This document shows, piece after piece, positions 8,262 through 18,492 of a stretch of DNA of 64,000 nt (its first letter is position 1; each line of letters begins with the position of its first letter). Both the position numbers and the translations under genes were made by a program. Below the pieces are notes generated by a model. It had not been told where the DNA came from and did not search any database. It saw only the letters and a program-made list of their open reading frames with translations. Origin of the DNA: Giardia intestinalis (lineage: Eukaryota); assembly GCA_000002435.2 (NCBI GenBank), contig CM018789.1, one strand, 5' to 3'.

Positions 8262-11207
8262 ATGAACGCACCAGGGGCAGCAGAGCTAGAATTTCCTTCT
8301 GATGTCTCTGATCCAACACTTGACATCGGGGTTAGTGGACCAGAACTATTCGAACACTTTGTCCAGAATTATGACATGCGCTCTCTTCTCCTCAATCAAC
8401 GATTTCTTGCATCAGCTCGAATCCAGGTAACTTATGTCACGGAGCTCCTTGTCCAGCCAGCAATACTTCGACTTCTCCTAGAGATTGCCTTCGTCGTCCC
8501 ATGTGACGATGACTATATTCACCACTTTCTCTTTACTGAATGCTTTACTGGTAACGGGTCTGCAACAGATTTTGAATCATCCAAAGCAGTTATCCAAGAC
8601 ATCCAGAAGCCTGTCCTCTCTCAACTAGATTACTATGTTCAAATACCAAAGCAGGAGCGGCTTGATATGCTTGATGCAGCAATTGACCTTCTCGACATTT
8701 GTCTACGGGATGAAAGGGCCGTTGCTGTCATAAAGGAGGACCGTCTACTCCAACGATACCCATTTACCGTGGTCTCACGGCGCAATTGCTTCCCAATGCT
8801 ACGTTCCCTGAGAAATGCTTCTTCAACTAACAGGGTCCCCTTTCACATCTGCAGAGCGTTTTCCAAGCTTATTCGCAGTCTGTGCGCACAGCAGGCCTCG
8901 GCTATACTACTTCTGGACGTGTTACAAGAATCGATCCCCAAGACAGATCTATCTGACGCAGCTGATGGCTGGAATTACTTGACTGCATGGCTCTCCAATG
9001 CAGATCATCCCGACGTCATGGGGTCGTTGATTTCCTTTGTAGTTGACAGTCAACATCTTCTCTCTGTTGATAACAAGCAGCGATTGACGAACCTACTGAC
9101 AGAGCTGAGCTTCGCTACCTCTCTTTGCAGACTGTTGGTGACCAACAATCCTGATGACGTGCCCGCGGATGCGGGGCAGATGGTCTCTGAGGTTCTTAGT
9201 GCCATTCTTTCAGCAACCACTTGCGATGAGCTTCGACTGGAGGCTATTAAATGCCTGCCGAGCCTGGCTGAGCATGTCTTTGTCACCGAGCACCGAGGCA
9301 TTGACGTCTGGCGGATGAAGTATACAGGGAGAACATTAGTCATTGGTGTTCGCGCAATAATATACATCACCCGTTCACTCTACGAAAGCACCTATGGGAA
9401 GCCTCCGTCTGTAGCATCCAAGGAGCTCAAGCAAATTAGTTACCTACGGTCTATCTTTCAGAAAGTACTTGGAGTGATAAAGGGTGTGGGTCACCGACTG
9501 CGCATGTTAATTAAGGAAGGCATAGAGTTAGAGCGGCGAGGAAGAGATGATCTGTCTGCACAGCCAACCGATTCCACTGGCTCACAAAGTGCCGGCCCCA
9601 CTAATACCTTGGCCCTAACCGTTTTAGAATCATTGGCAGAACTCCAGAATACTCTGTCTCGATCTATTGTTACAGAGCACAACGAAAACGCCGTGCATTT
9701 GAAAGGAACTATTCCTTCTCCTGATCGTTCTCGTCCTTTTCAACAACGGGTTGAGCTGATTTCGGGGCAAGACAAACATATGGGCCAGTTCTCTCTTGTG
9801 CAGTATGCAATACTAGAAACACTGGCTAGATTGTTGCTTCTATCTGCAGATATCCGAGACTTTCTTTGCGTGTCCAAAGGCACTGGTCCTTTTCTCTCAG
9901 TAAGCAGTGGAACATTTGGTGCAGACAACTCCTTTGCTGACTCTGGGTCGGCTGGTTCATTTCAAGCCAGCTTTCCCTACTCTGCGATTGTTGGGGTTGG
10001 AGGCACAGAGACGGTGGATCTCAAGAAGACGTTTTGCTTTGGTGGCGGTGGTCATTACCCCATTTCTCCTATGCATATCGCCGAGTGCTACGCGAAGAGC
10101 GGAATCCCAGATGCAGTTTTGCTGACAATGATAGCTTACCCGAACTGCTCTATTTGCCATTTTCTTGGGACGCGTATTCTCATCCCAATGCTAGAGTACA
10201 ACGGACATGCTCCACATGTCATCCACTCTATTATTTCTGAGACATGTCTCTTAAGGTTCCTCGACCTCTATGTGGGCCAAAACATGAACGACCTGGCTAC
10301 CAGCTTTACGCTTTCCACAACAAGCATTGGAGTGTTCCTCGTATCCATGGCTGCAAACATTGTAAGATTGGCAGGGGGTGTTCCAGATAGTCGCTGGAAA
10401 AATCGGAAACTTGATCATCTTCCAAGCCTAAGACTGTCATCAGCACAAGTCTCCTCTATCCACCAATCCCCTGTGCCCTTAACTCTTGATGAACTAACAT
10501 GCAGCCTCAGAACCTCTTCGACGGCCACAAACACAATCTTTCATAAAATATCCAACAGTCCACGGTTTAGGGCCTTTTCTGAAAAAGTGTTGCGTACGAA
10601 TTTGTGGGCTCGTTTCTCTTTTACTGAGTCTGCTGATGAATTTGAAGCCATGCTCCGCCTGTCTCCCTGCTCAGAACCTCCTCCATCTCCTATCAAGCTA
10701 TCTCTGCATGAAAACCGTCATATCCCGAGACTAGATGACGGAAAAAAATCTAAAGGACAAGCCGTTCCAATAATTCCGCAAACCCTAATTCCTCAGAAAG
10801 CTCAGAGCTGTGCTGCAAGAAAGTACAATGAGGAAGGACACGACAGCGTAGCGTATAAAGGGCACTATATCAGTGGCTCATTTCTACCAACCCTCGATAA
10901 AAGAAAGAGAATCATGCCCCTTGCCGGGAGAAAAGACTCTGACAGCAACCGATTGACGCGGATAGCATCATATGGATTTCTTCCTTCTGACGTCCACAAG
11001 GTGGAAAATGCAAACACTGGCTCCTCGTGGTCTATTCCAGTGGGTATGCAGAGGATTCAAAGAAAACCTGTGCAAGGTCTCCCCGTCCTACGGCCACATG
11101 AATACGGGAGAAGTGGAGTCATGATCACAGTGGCACCCTCGACTCAGCAAGGGTGCCCTCTTATGTCTATCAGGACACTTAGGAACACAAGGTCTAGCAA
11201 CCACTAG
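8262..11207 (+). CDS. hypothetical protein (981 aa)
   Basis: ATG verified, 2.9-kb ORF, no recognisable domain. Confidence 0.6.
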   Translation: MNAPGAAELEFPSDVSDPTLDIGVSGPELFEHFVQNYDMRSLLLNQRFLASARIQVTYVTELLVQPAILRLLLEIAFVVPCDDDYIHHFLFTECFTGNGSATDFESSKAVIQDIQKPVLSQLDYYVQIPKQERLDMLDAAIDLLDICLRDERAVAVIKEDRLLQRYPFTVVSRRNCFPMLRSLRNASSTNRVPFHICRAFSKLIRSLCAQQASAILLLDVLQESIPKTDLSDAADGWNYLTAWLSNADHPDVMGSLISFVVDSQHLLSVDNKQRLTNLLTELSFATSLCRLLVTNNPDDVPADAGQMVSEVLSAILSATTCDELRLEAIKCLPSLAEHVFVTEHRGIDVWRMKYTGRTLVIGVRAIIYITRSLYESTYGKPPSVASKELKQISYLRSIFQKVLGVIKGVGHRLRMLIKEGIELERRGRDDLSAQPTDSTGSQSAGPTNTLALTVLESLAELQNTLSRSIVTEHNENAVHLKGTIPSPDRSRPFQQRVELISGQDKHMGQFSLVQYAILETLARLLLLSADIRDFLCVSKGTGPFLSVSSGTFGADNSFADSGSAGSFQASFPYSAIVGVGGTETVDLKKTFCFGGGGHYPISPMHIAECYAKSGIPDAVLLTMIAYPNCSICHFLGTRILIPMLEYNGHAPHVIHSIISETCLLRFLDLYVGQNMNDLATSFTLSTTSIGVFLVSMAANIVRLAGGVPDSRWKNRKLDHLPSLRLSSAQVSSIHQSPVPLTLDELTCSLRTSSTATNTIFHKISNSPRFRAFSEKVLRTNLWARFSFTESADEFEAMLRLSPCSEPPPSPIKLSLHENRHIPRLDDGKKSKGQAVPIIPQTLIPQKAQSCAARKYNEEGHDSVAYKGHYISGSFLPTLDKRKRIMPLAGRKDSDSNRLTRIASYGFLPSDVHKVENANTGSSWSIPVGMQRIQRKPVQGLPVLRPHEYGRSGVMITVAPSTQQGCPLMSIRTLRNTRSSNH

Positions 11208-11253
11208 GTCGGGCGGACATCCGTTTTAAAAGGTCCAAAAAAATCGCCTGTAG

Positions 11254-11946
11254 ATGAGTTATCCGTACGGTCAACCAGCTTCTCAGCCGTCTCTGTATGG
11301 TGCACCCCAGGGATATGGCGCGCCAGCTCAATCCTACGGAGCTCCACAGCAACCCCAGCAGCCGGGCTATGGGGCTTCTGCTCCAGGCTATGGCGCACCT
11401 GTTCAGAGCTATGGGGCTCCTGCCCAGCAGCCCTACGGTGCACCGCAGCAACAGCAATATGGTGGCCAGCAACCCCAAGCACAGATGGGCTACGGTCAAC
11501 CATCTCCGTATGGTGCCTCCCAAAGCTCTTACGGTGGCGGAGTGGGACAGGGCCAACAGTCCTACGGAATGCCCCAGGCTGGTGCGCCTTCCTACGGAGG
11601 CATGGTGCAGCCCGGCATGCCTTCAGGGGGTTACGGTCAGCCACAAATGGGGTACGGTGCTCCTCAGCAGCCCATGTATGGCGGGGGCGCGATGCCTGGC
11701 TTCGGGGGTAGCTTCTCTGGGCCCATGCCCTTCATGCCCCAATCCTACCCGGGTATGCCCGTCGTAGGGCAATATAAGCCTGTTACCGGGGGAGGAATTC
11801 CGTTCATGGGTAAGACGGAGTCGAAAGAGGCCGGAAACGAGCCCGAGTCGACAAGCAAAGATCTCGCCAATCCATCGGAGCCCGCAGCTCCGGCGATAGT
11901 ATCCTCTGGTGCACCTGCAGAACAGCCCGCACCCTCCACCCAGTAA
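11254..11946 (+). CDS. low-complexity Y/G/P/Q-rich protein (repeated (S/P)YGAP(Q/A) units) with a non-repetitive C-terminal tail
   Basis: Protein [49 protein letters not shown]... The nucleotide-level imperfect tandem units correspond to the YGAP repeats. Confidence 0.5.
   Translation: MSYPYGQPASQPSLYGAPQGYGAPAQSYGAPQQPQQPGYGASAPGYGAPVQSYGAPAQQPYGAPQQQQYGGQQPQAQMGYGQPSPYGASQSSYGGGVGQGQQSYGMPQAGAPSYGGMVQPGMPSGGYGQPQMGYGAPQQPMYGGGAMPGFGGSFSGPMPFMPQSYPGMPVVGQYKPVTGGGIPFMGKTESKEAGNEPESTSKDLANPSEPAAPAIVSSGAPAEQPAPSTQ
11290..11760 (+). repeat. imperfect in-frame tandem repeats encoding the YG(A/Q)P low-complexity domain
   Basis: Recurring CTATGG(G/C)GC(A/T)CC...CAG units visible in 11300-11700. 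Confidence 0.45.
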
Positions 11947-11998
11947 ATCCAGCGTTACGTCAAGTCGTTTACAGCCCGCCTAGGACCCCCACTACGCG

Positions 11999-12484
11999 CT
12001 ATGCACCTCCAGCAAGCTCCCGCTCCTTAATCCGCAGGTCTATTATTTCCTGATAAAGGGCCGACAACTCCTTAAAGTGTGCCTGGAGAGTCTTCTTGTG
12101 CTCGCCTTCTCTCGTGATGTTGTGATAGTACATATAGCTATCGATGATCTTGTAAGGTATGGCCCGCTCCATCCTGAGCTCAAAGTCATCCTTGTCCCGG
12201 AGGTAAACAAAGTTCGCCCCCAGGATTATCTCGCTCTCCTCCTTCTCTGGCTCCAAAATGTAGAATCGGATAACTGCTGTCTCTCCCCTTTTGCTCTCCT
12301 CCTCATCCTTTTTCTGCGCCAAGAAGACGAATAGATAGCGGTTCTTGTATATCTCCAGCTCTGAAATTAAGTCTGCATCGTACATGGGGAGGTAGATGTC
12401 TTTGGGGATGACCACGAGATTCGTCTGCACATTAGCCGAGAGGGCGTCCTTCCTCATGACAATTGGTATCTCCATCGTAGTCAT
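11999..12484 (-). CDS. hypothetical protein (~160 aa); start ambiguous (ATG at 12484, 12475, 12454 or 12385)
   Basis: The track ORF begins at a non-ATG start at 12607, and the first ATG (MTTMEIPIV) is at 12482-12484. No domain recognised. The first three candidate starts lie inside the 3' end of the upstream FCP1-like CDS. Confidence 0.45.
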   Translation of the reverse strand: MTTMEIPIVMRKDALSANVQTNLVVIPKDIYLPMYDADLISELEIYKNRYLFVFLAQKKDEEESKRGETAVIRFYILEPEKEESEIILGANFVYLRDKDDFELRMERAIPYKIIDSYMYYHNITREGEHKKTLQAHFKELSALYQEIIDLRIKERELAGGA

Positions 12485-14246
12485 CTTTTTTGTTGCCCGT
12501 TCTGTCCGCAGACGACCGAGGAGGTGTCTCTTTTGAGGGCAGAAGCCCACGAGCAAGGAAGCAGCGTGTATAGAACAGCTCACTTTGCCTCCGATAGAGC
12601 AGCGCACTTGTCATCAGCCAGTTTTGTGTGACCGCGTGAAACGGAAAGACAGACGTGCATGTTTGGTTGATTTCACCGGGATCATAGCACATAAATGTGT
12701 CTGGCACAATAAAAAGCTCTGATGTGTCCTGATCACCAGTGCCATTTCCGCGAATTTGTATATCGGTCCAATCTCCAAGAGCAGCCTTCACTAAGCCCGG
12801 AGAAACCTCATCTGGATTGCACCTTAACAGCAGATGAGCACACTTTGCATAGCTTTTCTTCCACAAGCTACCGCTCTCGGAGACAAGGACGTGAGTAACC
12901 TCGTTGTCAAAGGTCATCGCTACCCGCCCTCCAAGCAAGTGGATGAGCTCTACACGGAAGTCCATCAGCGTCTCGGTCTTACGTTTCCATTGTGCAGCCA
13001 CGATGTAAGGCCCTTCTGTAACAAGATCAGCTGCGTTAGGCAGAAAAGGTATGTAGATGACGCATCCTCTGAGGACCTTGCCCATAATTTCCTCGACCGC
13101 TTCTCGAGCGCTTTGGCACTGTAGCACATCTGTTTGCTTGAATTCCTCAGGATGCATGGAGGATTGGATGTAACGTAATATATTCTTGAAAGAGTGCAGC
13201 TGGGCGACGGAAAACGTATAGAATCGATGGTCATACACAGGCTTATTCCTCTGGGCTAGGAATGTGAAGTCATTCTTGCAATATCCTGTGACAACTTTTG
13301 TTAGCGACTCCAAGGGATAGACCTGCTGCTGCCACATATAATTAAAGCAATCCAGACCGTTTGCTACGTAAAAGTCAAAGCTCTTGAGGAAGCCGCATTT
13401 GGTTCCTCTCCACGGGACCGAGCTGTTGTCTATTGCTATGGAATTGTCGATGAGAAGCTGGATGCCCCCAAGGAACCGGTTCACACCCTTCATGATGTGG
13501 TTGTCTAAATCAGATAGATGTTGGTCGGCTAGATTGCCACACTCGCCCTCAAAATTAATGACTGCCCCACCCTCATCATCGTGTGTTACCTCGGCACTGG
13601 CGTCCCCGTGTCTGTTTGCCAGCTTCCTGTCCAGGAGCTCGTACACCAGCATGCGCTGGGGATCTATCATTTTGATAACTTGTTGGGCGTACTCCTGCGT
13701 TCCTAGCGTGCTGATGATGATGGCGACTGTTTTGTATGTCTTTAGAAAGAAGCGAAAGATACCGGGCCGAAACATTATCGTCATCCGCAGTCCCTGCACC
13801 TCGACGGCAGTAGGTTGCAGCCCGCGCTCGGGGCATCCGCAGAAGAAGTCTTCGGCCTCTGCTAAATATACATCTAGAAATGCTTCGCGGTATTCAGACT
13901 TGGATGCATAGGACGCACGCTTGGAGACAATATCGCGGGACATGCGGAAGGCATGATGAGCGCTCAAATTAACCGAATTGATCCGCTGGATGTTCTGGAG
14001 GGGCTGGCCCTTGACGCTTCCCCATGCATAGAGGATGGTATTGTCGATATCGAGGAACAGAATAAGCTTCTTGCTCTTCAGCACCGCATCCTTGTATTGT
14101 TGGAGCCAGTTTTCTCGCCTTATAAACTTCCCGTCCCGATACTGATAATGCATCACAACTTCTGCATGGGGCAACTTTTGCCCACATCTTATGCAGGCGA
14201 GTGACTGCATTGCAACAAGGTCGTGGCTACAGGGGCGGGCAAGCAT
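12432..14246 (-). CDS. FCP1: FCP1-like RNA polymerase II CTD phosphatase (FCP1-homology HAD domain + C-terminal BRCT-like region)
   Basis: DxDxT catalytic motif in LILFLDIDNTILYAWG. C-terminal segment ...MTFDNEVTHVLVSESGSLWKK... resembles a BRCT fold. Size and domain order match FCP1. Confidence 0.65.
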   Translation of the reverse strand: MLARPCSHDLVAMQSLACIRCGQKLPHAEVVMHYQYRDGKFIRRENWLQQYKDAVLKSKKLILFLDIDNTILYAWGSVKGQPLQNIQRINSVNLSAHHAFRMSRDIVSKRASYASKSEYREAFLDVYLAEAEDFFCGCPERGLQPTAVEVQGLRMTIMFRPGIFRFFLKTYKTVAIIISTLGTQEYAQQVIKMIDPQRMLVYELLDRKLANRHGDASAEVTHDDEGGAVINFEGECGNLADQHLSDLDNHIMKGVNRFLGGIQLLIDNSIAIDNSSVPWRGTKCGFLKSFDFYVANGLDCFNYMWQQQVYPLESLTKVVTGYCKNDFTFLAQRNKPVYDHRFYTFSVAQLHSFKNILRYIQSSMHPEEFKQTDVLQCQSAREAVEEIMGKVLRGCVIYIPFLPNAADLVTEGPYIVAAQWKRKTETLMDFRVELIHLLGGRVAMTFDNEVTHVLVSESGSLWKKSYAKCAHLLLRCNPDEVSPGLVKAALGDWTDIQIRGNGTGDQDTSELFIVPDTFMCYDPGEINQTCTSVFPFHAVTQNWLMTSALLYRRQSELFYTRCFLARGLLPSKETPPRSSADRTGNKKDDYDGDTNCHEEGRPLG

Positions 14247-14579
14247 TTTCTATTGGAGAAGAATCCTTAGACCCCTGAATTTTCTGGTAATCATCCGCTT
14301 TACGGGAGAGCTATCAACGGATTAGCGATAGATAGATACCACTACGAACTATATGCCCATGCTACAGCTGTGGTACTCCCTGCTCCTTCTCCTTATTTTC
14401 AACTGAACTTAGATGAGCCTTGACTGCCTCGCACTCTACCAGAAAGGTCTCTTTGCGTGTCAGTTGTTTCATAACTTAGCCTAGGATCAAAGCAAGTGTG
14501 TTGCTCTCTGGACACCGGGTGACCTAAGTAATGCCTGTCAGGCAGAGCTCTGCGCTTCCTCCAACTAATCTTTGCTAGT

Positions 14580-15032
14580 TTACTTAATGGGCACATCCAC
14601 ATCAGCCTGATTGGGATCACTCAGAAATTTCCCTTTATAGAGATCAACGAAGTCAGAAAGCTGTATCCTTGCCTTGAAGTCTTCTCCGTATTCGCCTGCT
14701 CTTGTCTGCTGGTCATACTTGAACGAGATGTTGTGAAGGCGCCCCTGGGCTGTCCTCTTGATCAGATTATTATCCAAGAAAAAGCGGAGAACCCTTTTGT
14801 GGCTCTCCTTGTCAGTTCCATCTATGTAGAAGCACGCGACGCCTCTGTCAGCATTGCTGTGTTTGGCCGTAGTAACCACCTCAGTCGAAACAGCCAGCTC
14901 ACAAATCCTGGCAACAAACGCGCGGTCATTCCAGAAATACATCCACTTGCCGCAGAGCTGTGGGTCGATGCATAAGCCCTCTGGACCTATATAAAAAACC
15001 CAATACGCGGTTTCGTGGACATTCACTTCCAT
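14580..15032 (-). CDS. small conserved protein, possibly DUF1917/BLES03 (UPF0696)-like
   Basis: GKWMYFWNDRAFVARICELA...ACFYIDGTDKESHKRVLRFF...ISFKYDQQTRAGEYG resembles the GKW...CVYT.D..D...V.RV...L....I.YK.D..T pattern of that family. Identification is from memory only. Confidence 0.45.
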   Translation of the reverse strand: MEVNVHETAYWVFYIGPEGLCIDPQLCGKWMYFWNDRAFVARICELAVSTEVVTTAKHSNADRGVACFYIDGTDKESHKRVLRFFLDNNLIKRTAQGRLHNISFKYDQQTRAGEYGEDFKARIQLSDFVDLYKGKFLSDPNQADVDVPIK

Positions 15033-15207
15033 TTTGAATTAGGCTCCAAAACAATCAGATTGGGAAAATTGGATTATGTGTAAAATATGTTGGAAGTACA
15101 AGGTAGCATTGAAAGTTTTAGCATTCTGGCAGAAAGACAGAGCCACGGGTTCCTATCCTGTTTGGAGAAACTACGGGAGAGGAGATAGAAGACTCTTTCC
15201 TGCTCAA

Positions 15208-18090
15208 TCAATAGACCAATGTATCAATCAGCTTTGTGATAACATTGACGGAGTTTGTGATATGATTGTACTGCTCTTCGATGATAGCGTAAACTGGGCG
15301 CAGTGACGATAGGAGCTCCTTCGATTTGCTTATTGTAAGTGCATGGTACCGGAGGAGGCAGCAGAATATTACAACGAACACGTCAAGACTAGCGTACGTT
15401 CTTGTTGTTGAGTGATGGCCGGCCCAACTACCAAGCAGCGAACAAAATGCCGAGAGGGAATCGTCATTAAGACATTGGATTTCTTGATCGATAATCCCGT
15501 GGTTCAAAGTAGTAATTTCGGGCAGCAACGAGGAAGCATCACTTGGCATCTGGAAAATCCTTTGGAAGCAAGAGCTGCCCGCGCGTGAAAGCTGTGCGTG
15601 GTCCTTCGCCTGCAGACCTATGTAAAATGGAAGGCGGTCCTTTGTGGATGCAGAGCCCGCCCGGCGCAGACGACCCCCGTATTGCTCCAGCAGCTCCCGT
15701 GTCGCGTGCCGATCCATTGCCACGGCATACAAGCGGCTTGCCAGGAGACTGTCCTTATGCAGAATGATTCCAAGTGACTGCGGGCCTTCTGTCAATAGGT
15801 CCAAGCAGCGGCGAATGTTCTTCTCGGCTGACTCAGCCTGCAACGAAGCCTCTACATACTCCGCATCATCTAGCGCTATCCCGAGACCATACTTTTCATT
15901 GTTCTTATAGATATACACACCAGGGACACCCACGAATGTTATTGCCACCACAGTATTATCAGACGTCACAGTGATAGAAGATATCGCAGAAAACTCCCTG
16001 AACTGCTGCTTGGCAACGATTTTATCCAAGAGGATGTCGTACACGATTACAGCAGCATGGGATCCGGTCATTTCCGGAGAGCTATCATCTACAGACCCTC
16101 CGTACACGAGCCGCTGGCCATGCTCAAAGAAGGATAGGCAGTTATGGGGGACCTCTATGTTGATAGACTGCATCCGGCTGAGAGCTATGCCAGAGCTCTG
16201 CGATATGTCCAGAACATAGAGTGCTGTCGCCGACGTTATAGAGACCAGTCCACGGATAACATCAAAGGCTACGGCTGTCACCACGATATCACCTCCCTCT
16301 GCGTCCGGTAGCAGCGAGCGCAGGCTGACCTCCTTCACTGCTTTGCGCGCTCTGATGTCAAATAGGACGATGTACCCTATGGAGTTGACCGCGTAGAGCA
16401 TCAGACCGTCATATGAGAATGATAGCCTAACAACAGACCGGTTTAGACAGTCTGGGTGAGAGAATAAACACGGAGCGCACCCCACCAGACGGCCACTCTG
16501 TAGCGCATACACGGCGGCACTGGAGCGGGTCCCAGCAAGGGCGACATAGTTCCCACAGAGGGAGATCACGCAGCAGCTGACGCTTTCTGACGACAGGCGG
16601 CACGCAAGATAATTTTCATTGGCATCATCTCCGTTACCAGCTACGAGAGTAAGGTTATCCTCGTTCTCGATGAATTTCACACTTGTCGGTAGAGTGACAC
16701 GATATCGGGATCTGAAGCGCTCTGCAGCCCGAGCATCAACAAAGTCCTGAGGAAGCACTCCGCCGTTCTCCTTCTTGAGCTTGGCCATTTCCCGCTTCTC
16801 AAGAGCCTCCCGGCCTAGATATCTGTCCGGAAGAGGCTCTATTAGCTCCTTGTTTTTGTAGAATGCCCACAAATGACAGAAGTCCTCTCCTCTGTGCGCA
16901 GTCACAACATTTGCCCAATGCTCATCACGGAGCTCACAGGCGTCGAAGTCAATGACCTCAGATGGATACTGCTTGTCATGGGAGGAAAAAAGCTCGGAAT
17001 TGTTCCTTTGATAGATCTGTACGTATCGTAGAGTCTTGTCCAAACCAGCTGTAAGCAAGAAAGGACAAGTCTCGGCTGCATGCACTATGTTGCTGCTGTT
17101 CTCGCGGTAAAACTTGGCCAGGGACACGCCTCCGCGATGCCCTGTGCGATGCTTAATCTGCTGTATGACAGTCAGGTTGGAATCGTACCCCAGAATCCGA
17201 ATGGTATTATCCGCGCCAGAAGAAAGGATGTATGTGTCTGGTAGCCAGAAGAGCGAAGTAACGCACATGCTGTGGGCCTTTAGCTCGCAGAGAATTCGAC
17301 GTGCGTCCAGGTCAAAGGCTTGGATGCGCCCTTGCTCTGTACCCACAAAGACGATGGCGTGTACTGAGGAGAACGTTGCACATGTAAAGCTATCTCCACT
17401 AAGGTCGCACGGAAGCGCGAACAGCACGCGCTGCTTCTTGAGGTGCACCATTGACACTCGCGACGGCTGGATCACAGCGACGACATCTATCTCTGGGGAA
17501 TTAACAATGCCCACGACGGGCTCTCCGTGTGCAAGGGAAATGTCGTTGGGTCCTTGCCGCAACGCAGTCACCCGCTTGTTTTTGTCTATATTATGGAGCT
17601 CCATCCTTCCACTGCTAGTCACGACCAAGACCTTATTCAGATATGTGTCCGGGTGCATAATCAAACTACAGGTGTCTGTGGGGTGCTCAAGTGGCAAAGA
17701 CCTAGGAGGCTTTATCTGCTCCATAAGCTCCAAGTCATATATAATGTATCGTCCAGACGCATCAAATGCAACCAGCGTCGACTCCTGAAGTACAAGGCAG
17801 AGGGGCCGATGGAGCAACCCGGAGATCTCTGCTACCAGCCGGCCGCGAGTGTATATTTCGAGCTCTGTCTTTCGCTGGTACATGACTACGGTCTTATCAC
17901 TATAGACAGCCATCTGCCGGATTGTGTCGGGGAGGGCCGGAGAGTAGACAAACGGGGCAAGCATGTCGGCTCTATAAACAAGAAATCCGCGGCCAACAGA
18001 CGCCGCAGCATAGTACTCCACCCCGAGGCGTCCGATGGCGAGCGGGGTCTCGTCGACGATGACACCGACGATCTGGCTGAGGGAGAGCAT
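15208..18090 (-). CDS. large WD40-repeat protein (two propeller regions plus helical C-terminus). The architecture resembles SSU-processome Utp21/PWP2/Utp12-13-type proteins, but the specific member is not determinable
   Basis: ATG verified. Multiple WD-like units (e.g. ...GHRGGVSLAKF..., ...SSGADNTIRILGYD..., ...CATFSSVHAIVFVGTEQGRIQAFDLD...) followed by a ~250-aa alpha-rich tail. Confidence 0.7.
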   Translation of the reverse strand: MLSLSQIVGVIVDETPLAIGRLGVEYYAAASVGRGFLVYRADMLAPFVYSPALPDTIRQMAVYSDKTVVMYQRKTELEIYTRGRLVAEISGLLHRPLCLVLQESTLVAFDASGRYIIYDLELMEQIKPPRSLPLEHPTDTCSLIMHPDTYLNKVLVVTSSGRMELHNIDKNKRVTALRQGPNDISLAHGEPVVGIVNSPEIDVVAVIQPSRVSMVHLKKQRVLFALPCDLSGDSFTCATFSSVHAIVFVGTEQGRIQAFDLDARRILCELKAHSMCVTSLFWLPDTYILSSGADNTIRILGYDSNLTVIQQIKHRTGHRGGVSLAKFYRENSSNIVHAAETCPFLLTAGLDKTLRYVQIYQRNNSELFSSHDKQYPSEVIDFDACELRDEHWANVVTAHRGEDFCHLWAFYKNKELIEPLPDRYLGREALEKREMAKLKKENGGVLPQDFVDARAAERFRSRYRVTLPTSVKFIENEDNLTLVAGNGDDANENYLACRLSSESVSCCVISLCGNYVALAGTRSSAAVYALQSGRLVGCAPCLFSHPDCLNRSVVRLSFSYDGLMLYAVNSIGYIVLFDIRARKAVKEVSLRSLLPDAEGGDIVVTAVAFDVIRGLVSITSATALYVLDISQSSGIALSRMQSINIEVPHNCLSFFEHGQRLVYGGSVDDSSPEMTGSHAAVIVYDILLDKIVAKQQFREFSAISSITVTSDNTVVAITFVGVPGVYIYKNNEKYGLGIALDDAEYVEASLQAESAEKNIRRCLDLLTEGPQSLGIILHKDSLLASRLYAVAMDRHATRELLEQYGGRLRRAGSASTKDRLPFYIGLQAKDHAQLSRAGSSCFQRIFQMPSDASSLLPEITTLNHGIIDQEIQCLNDDSLSAFCSLLGSWAGHHSTTRTYASLDVFVVIFCCLLRYHALTISKSKELLSSLRPVYAIIEEQYNHITNSVNVITKLIDTLVY

Positions 18091-18145
18091 TTACATTTAA
18101 TTGCTCGTGCAAAATTGAATGAAAGAACGCCAAATAGACTACAAA

Positions 18146-18391
18146 TCACTTTCCACCTGCCGGCTTCTTCTTGACGGAGGCCCCGCGCTTTGTCTTCCGC
18201 TTTGTCTTCTTTGCGCGGACAATGGGCTCCTTCGCCGCCTCTTCCATGTACCGAACCGTCCGCTGAATCGACGGGTCACAGGCCTCGAGGCTCGGCACCG
18301 GATAGGAGAATGTGTCTGGCGGACTGAAGGGGAAAACGGCAAAGACCGGAGCCTTGTACTTCTGCTGCGCTGCCTGTGCGGGTGCTGCCAT
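18146..18391 (-). CDS. small basic-tailed protein (81 aa)
   Basis: ATG at 18389-18391 (the track start is GTG). Lys/Arg-rich C-terminus KKTKRKTKRGASVKKKPAGGK. Shares a ~100-nt AT-rich divergent spacer (AATTAAAAAAGTATTTTAAATT) with the gene at 18493. Confidence 0.3.
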   Translation of the reverse strand: MAAPAQAAQQKYKAPVFAVFPFSPPDTFSYPVPSLEACDPSIQRTVRYMEEAAKEPIVRAKKTKRKTKRGASVKKKPAGGK

Positions 18392-18492
18392 CACGCTGCC
18401 GTTGGAGCGGATTTTGCTGCTCGGCGGGCAAGCGGTCTTAATTAAAAAAGTATTTTAAATTCATATCTTTTAGTTCTAAAAAGGTGCGCTAA

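Noticed and set aside
13384-13911. 175-aa plus-strand ORF
   Set aside because: Antisense to the FCP1-like gene.
17114-18174. Plus-strand ORFs 17114..17788 and 17527..18174
   Set aside because: Antisense to the WD-repeat gene. No motifs and a Cys/Arg/Ser-rich shadow composition.
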